Below the pieces are notes generated by a model. The model saw only the letters and a list, made by a program, of their open reading frames with translations. It did no database searches and had not been told where the DNA came from. Positions 62,369 through 64,000 of a DNA stretch of 64,000 bases are shown here, piece by piece. A program made the position numbers and the translations under genes. Numbering within the stretch: the stretch's first letter is position 1; the number at the start of each line of letters is the position of its first letter. The stretch comes from Treponema sp. (GTDB lineage Bacteria; Spirochaetota; Spirochaetia; Treponematales; Breznakiellaceae), in NCBI GenBank assembly GCA_031274285.1, contig JAISQJ010000151.1:3843-67842 (forward strand). The letters are read 5' to 3'.

Positions 62369-63964
62369 ATGCGGCGATCCCCTTGGTTCTTGTTCATGAT
62401 GATTTCCCTTTCCCTCCATGCCCAGGTTAATCAAAGCGAGCTGGAGGAAGGCCAAACCCCCGTCTCCTTTATCAACTACGAGGGTCCCCACGCCCGGATC
62501 GAGACCCGGGTCCAGATCCGCAATATCGGCTTTGTCCTGGGCCAAGCGGTCCGGGGGGGCAATAACTCGCCGGGAACCAGGGGCAGGTACTTTGTTATCC
62601 ACGCCGCGGGTCCCGAAGACGGGCAAAGGCTGGACGCCGATATCTTCGGCCTGGGCCCCGACACCGGGGTGGATCATATCAGAAACCTCAGACTCATTGT
62701 CCAGGGTTACCTGGAAGGGGCCTACCTGTACAGCGCCCGGGACGCGGCCCTGCTTGCCGAATACGTGACGGTCTACAATGCGGTTTACCGGGGGGACTGG
62801 GAGTATATCAATTTCCGCTACAAGGATGAAGTAATCGCGGAACTGGACCAGGAACGGGCGGGACTCTCCATCCGTTTTGACGAGTGGCCGGGCCGGACCC
62901 TGATGCTTATCCCCATGGGCACAGGGGCCGCCGGTTCCCTCTCCGCCCTGGACACCGCGGTGGTGGGGGATCCCCAGGTGGTAGAGGAACTGCGGAAGGA
63001 CGAGGACCGGGGAGTTACCCAGCGCCAGGACATGGTGGATCTAAAAGAGCGGGAAGCCGACGAGGCCGGGGAGCGGGCCGAGGAACAGCGGGAGGAAGCT
63101 GACCGGGAACAGCGGCAGATAGACCAGGAGCGGCAGCAGCTTGAGGAGGACCGGCGGCAGGCCCAACCGGCCAGGCCGGAACAGGAAGCCCAGCCGGTTC
63201 AAAGGCCGGCCCAAGGGCCGCCGGTCCAGGACGAAAGGCCAAACCGGGAACAGGCCCCGGCGGATTCCCAGGCCGCTCCCGAACAGCGGCAGCCTGACCC
63301 GCGGGAGGAGGAGTTTGAAAGGCGGGAAGCGGAGCTGGACCGGCGGCAGGAAGCGGTGGACGAGAGGCGGGAGGAAGCTCAGCGGAACGAGGACTTCGCC
63401 GCGCAGAAGCGGGAGGAGGCCAGGGAGGAACGGGAGAGCATCGCCAGGGACCAGCAGGAGCTTATCAACCAGGATAATCCGCCGGAGGAGGAGGGACGTA
63501 TCTCCGCGGTCCTCAACGATCGGGATTCCCCCCTGGGGCAGTTCGTAAAGCTCGACCGCAACGGCGAGGAGCTGCGGCGTTCCGCGGTTAACACGGTAAA
63601 CGTCAGGACCATCGTCGCAGTGGAAGACAGAATCATCGCCGTGGCCGGGGAGAACCGGGGCAGCGGGGCCATCCGCCTTATCGAGGTTGACCGCAGGACC
63701 CTGGACATGAAGGCCCAGGGGGAGGACGATATCCATCCCCAAAGCCTCCTCTGGGTTAACGGGACGGATCTCTACGCCATTACCGTCACCGGGGGCGCCG
63801 CATACCTGGGCCGCTTCAATCCCGGTCTTGTCCGGCAGACCCGCTCCGCGGAAACGGTCCACCCCTACGCCGCGCTCATCTTCCAGGAGGGCCTGATCCT
63901 TACCCAGCGGCAGGACGGCTCGGCCCTGGTCCTTGACGCCCAAACCCTGGAAGCGCGGAATTAG
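62369..63964 (+). CDS. Secreted protein with long central Glu/Arg/Gln-rich (coiled-coil-like) region; possibly a spirochaetal P83/100-family protein
   Basis: Signal peptide MRRSPWFLFMMISLSLHAQ. N-terminal globular part (FINYEGPHARIE...). The charged region spans about 140 residues (READEAGERAEEQREEADREQRQIDQERQQLEEDRRQ...). The family name is from memory and tentative. Confidence 0.6.
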   Translation: MRRSPWFLFMMISLSLHAQVNQSELEEGQTPVSFINYEGPHARIETRVQIRNIGFVLGQAVRGGNNSPGTRGRYFVIHAAGPEDGQRLDADIFGLGPDTGVDHIRNLRLIVQGYLEGAYLYSARDAALLAEYVTVYNAVYRGDWEYINFRYKDEVIAELDQERAGLSIRFDEWPGRTLMLIPMGTGAAGSLSALDTAVVGDPQVVEELRKDEDRGVTQRQDMVDLKEREADEAGERAEEQREEADREQRQIDQERQQLEEDRRQAQPARPEQEAQPVQRPAQGPPVQDERPNREQAPADSQAAPEQRQPDPREEEFERREAELDRRQEAVDERREEAQRNEDFAAQKREEAREERESIARDQQELINQDNPPEEEGRISAVLNDRDSPLGQFVKLDRNGEELRRSAVNTVNVRTIVAVEDRIIAVAGENRGSGAIRLIEVDRRTLDMKAQGEDDIHPQSLLWVNGTDLYAITVTGGAAYLGRFNPGLVRQTRSAETVHPYAALIFQEGLILTQRQDGSALVLDAQTLEARN

Positions 63965-64000
63965 CGCAGGCGCAGGTCTTTGCCGGCGCTCAGGCCGAAA

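Noticed and set aside
63961-64000. Possible C-terminal end of a minus-strand gene entering from the right edge (...FGLSAGKDLRLR, stop at 63963-63961)
   Set aside because: Only 13 codons are visible, so it cannot be distinguished from chance.
1-64000. Search for tRNA, rRNA, tmRNA, SRP RNA, RNase P RNA, transposase, integrase and phage genes
   Set aside because: Reading both strands, I found no T-loop-like GGTTCGAATCC/GGTTCAAATCC motifs. I found no SRP GGAA-tetraloop domain-IV motif, no rRNA-like stretch, and no ORF with DDE, tyrosine- or serine-recombinase motifs. This was not an exhaustive computation; tRNAscan-SE and Infernal should confirm it.

Overview
GC-rich bacterial chromosomal segment. 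By eye most of it is well above 55% G+C, with a few sharply AT-rich patches. Gene content (TroR/MntR-type repressor, cdaA-cdaR, P83/100-like protein, many lipobox lipoproteins, an outer-membrane barrel ending in F) suggests Spirochaetota, Treponema-like, but this is inference only.

I support about 60 protein-coding genes, mostly housekeeping and arranged in tightly overlapping operons:
- rdgB with a UvrD/PcrA-type helicase.
- dxs, followed by cdaA-cdaR-acpS-DUF2225-truA-patB.
- A Cys-rich ORF followed by murI-rsgA-mutS2.
- A potD-like gene, a cNMP-binding NhaC-type transporter gene and potABCD.
- icd and aroH.
- A rarA fusion gene.
- A five-gene Opp/Dpp-type ABC transporter next to an M20 dipeptidase.
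- kdgK-eda.
- pcnB and an rlmD-like gene.

I found no rRNA, tRNA, CRISPR array, transposase, integrase or reverse transcriptase.

Accessory or atypical parts:
1. An AT-rich module at the left edge. A WYL-domain regulator is translationally coupled (ATGA) to an unknown gene that runs off the window.
2. An AT-rich islet at about 13.1-14.9 kb containing a lipoprotein gene and a very AT-rich gene for a protein with an acidic tail and a Cys motif.
3. A BrnT/BrnA toxin-antitoxin pair.

Most interesting signals not explained by genes:
- A family of structured repeats. There are two long copies of about 315 nt (35392-35706 and 40068-40386) and one inverted core copy (19681-19772). Paired positions show compensatory changes, and a bulge sequence is conserved.
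- A 22-nt poly-G tract inside a serine-protease/beta-barrel fusion gene.
- A C10 tract abutting a perfect TATAAT box.
- An identical 33-nt palindromic repeat at two distant loci.
- A densely structured 420-nt convergent intergenic region at 33.4-33.8 kb.

I cannot name a complete, clearly novel multi-gene system inside the window. The best candidates are flagged with explicit tests.
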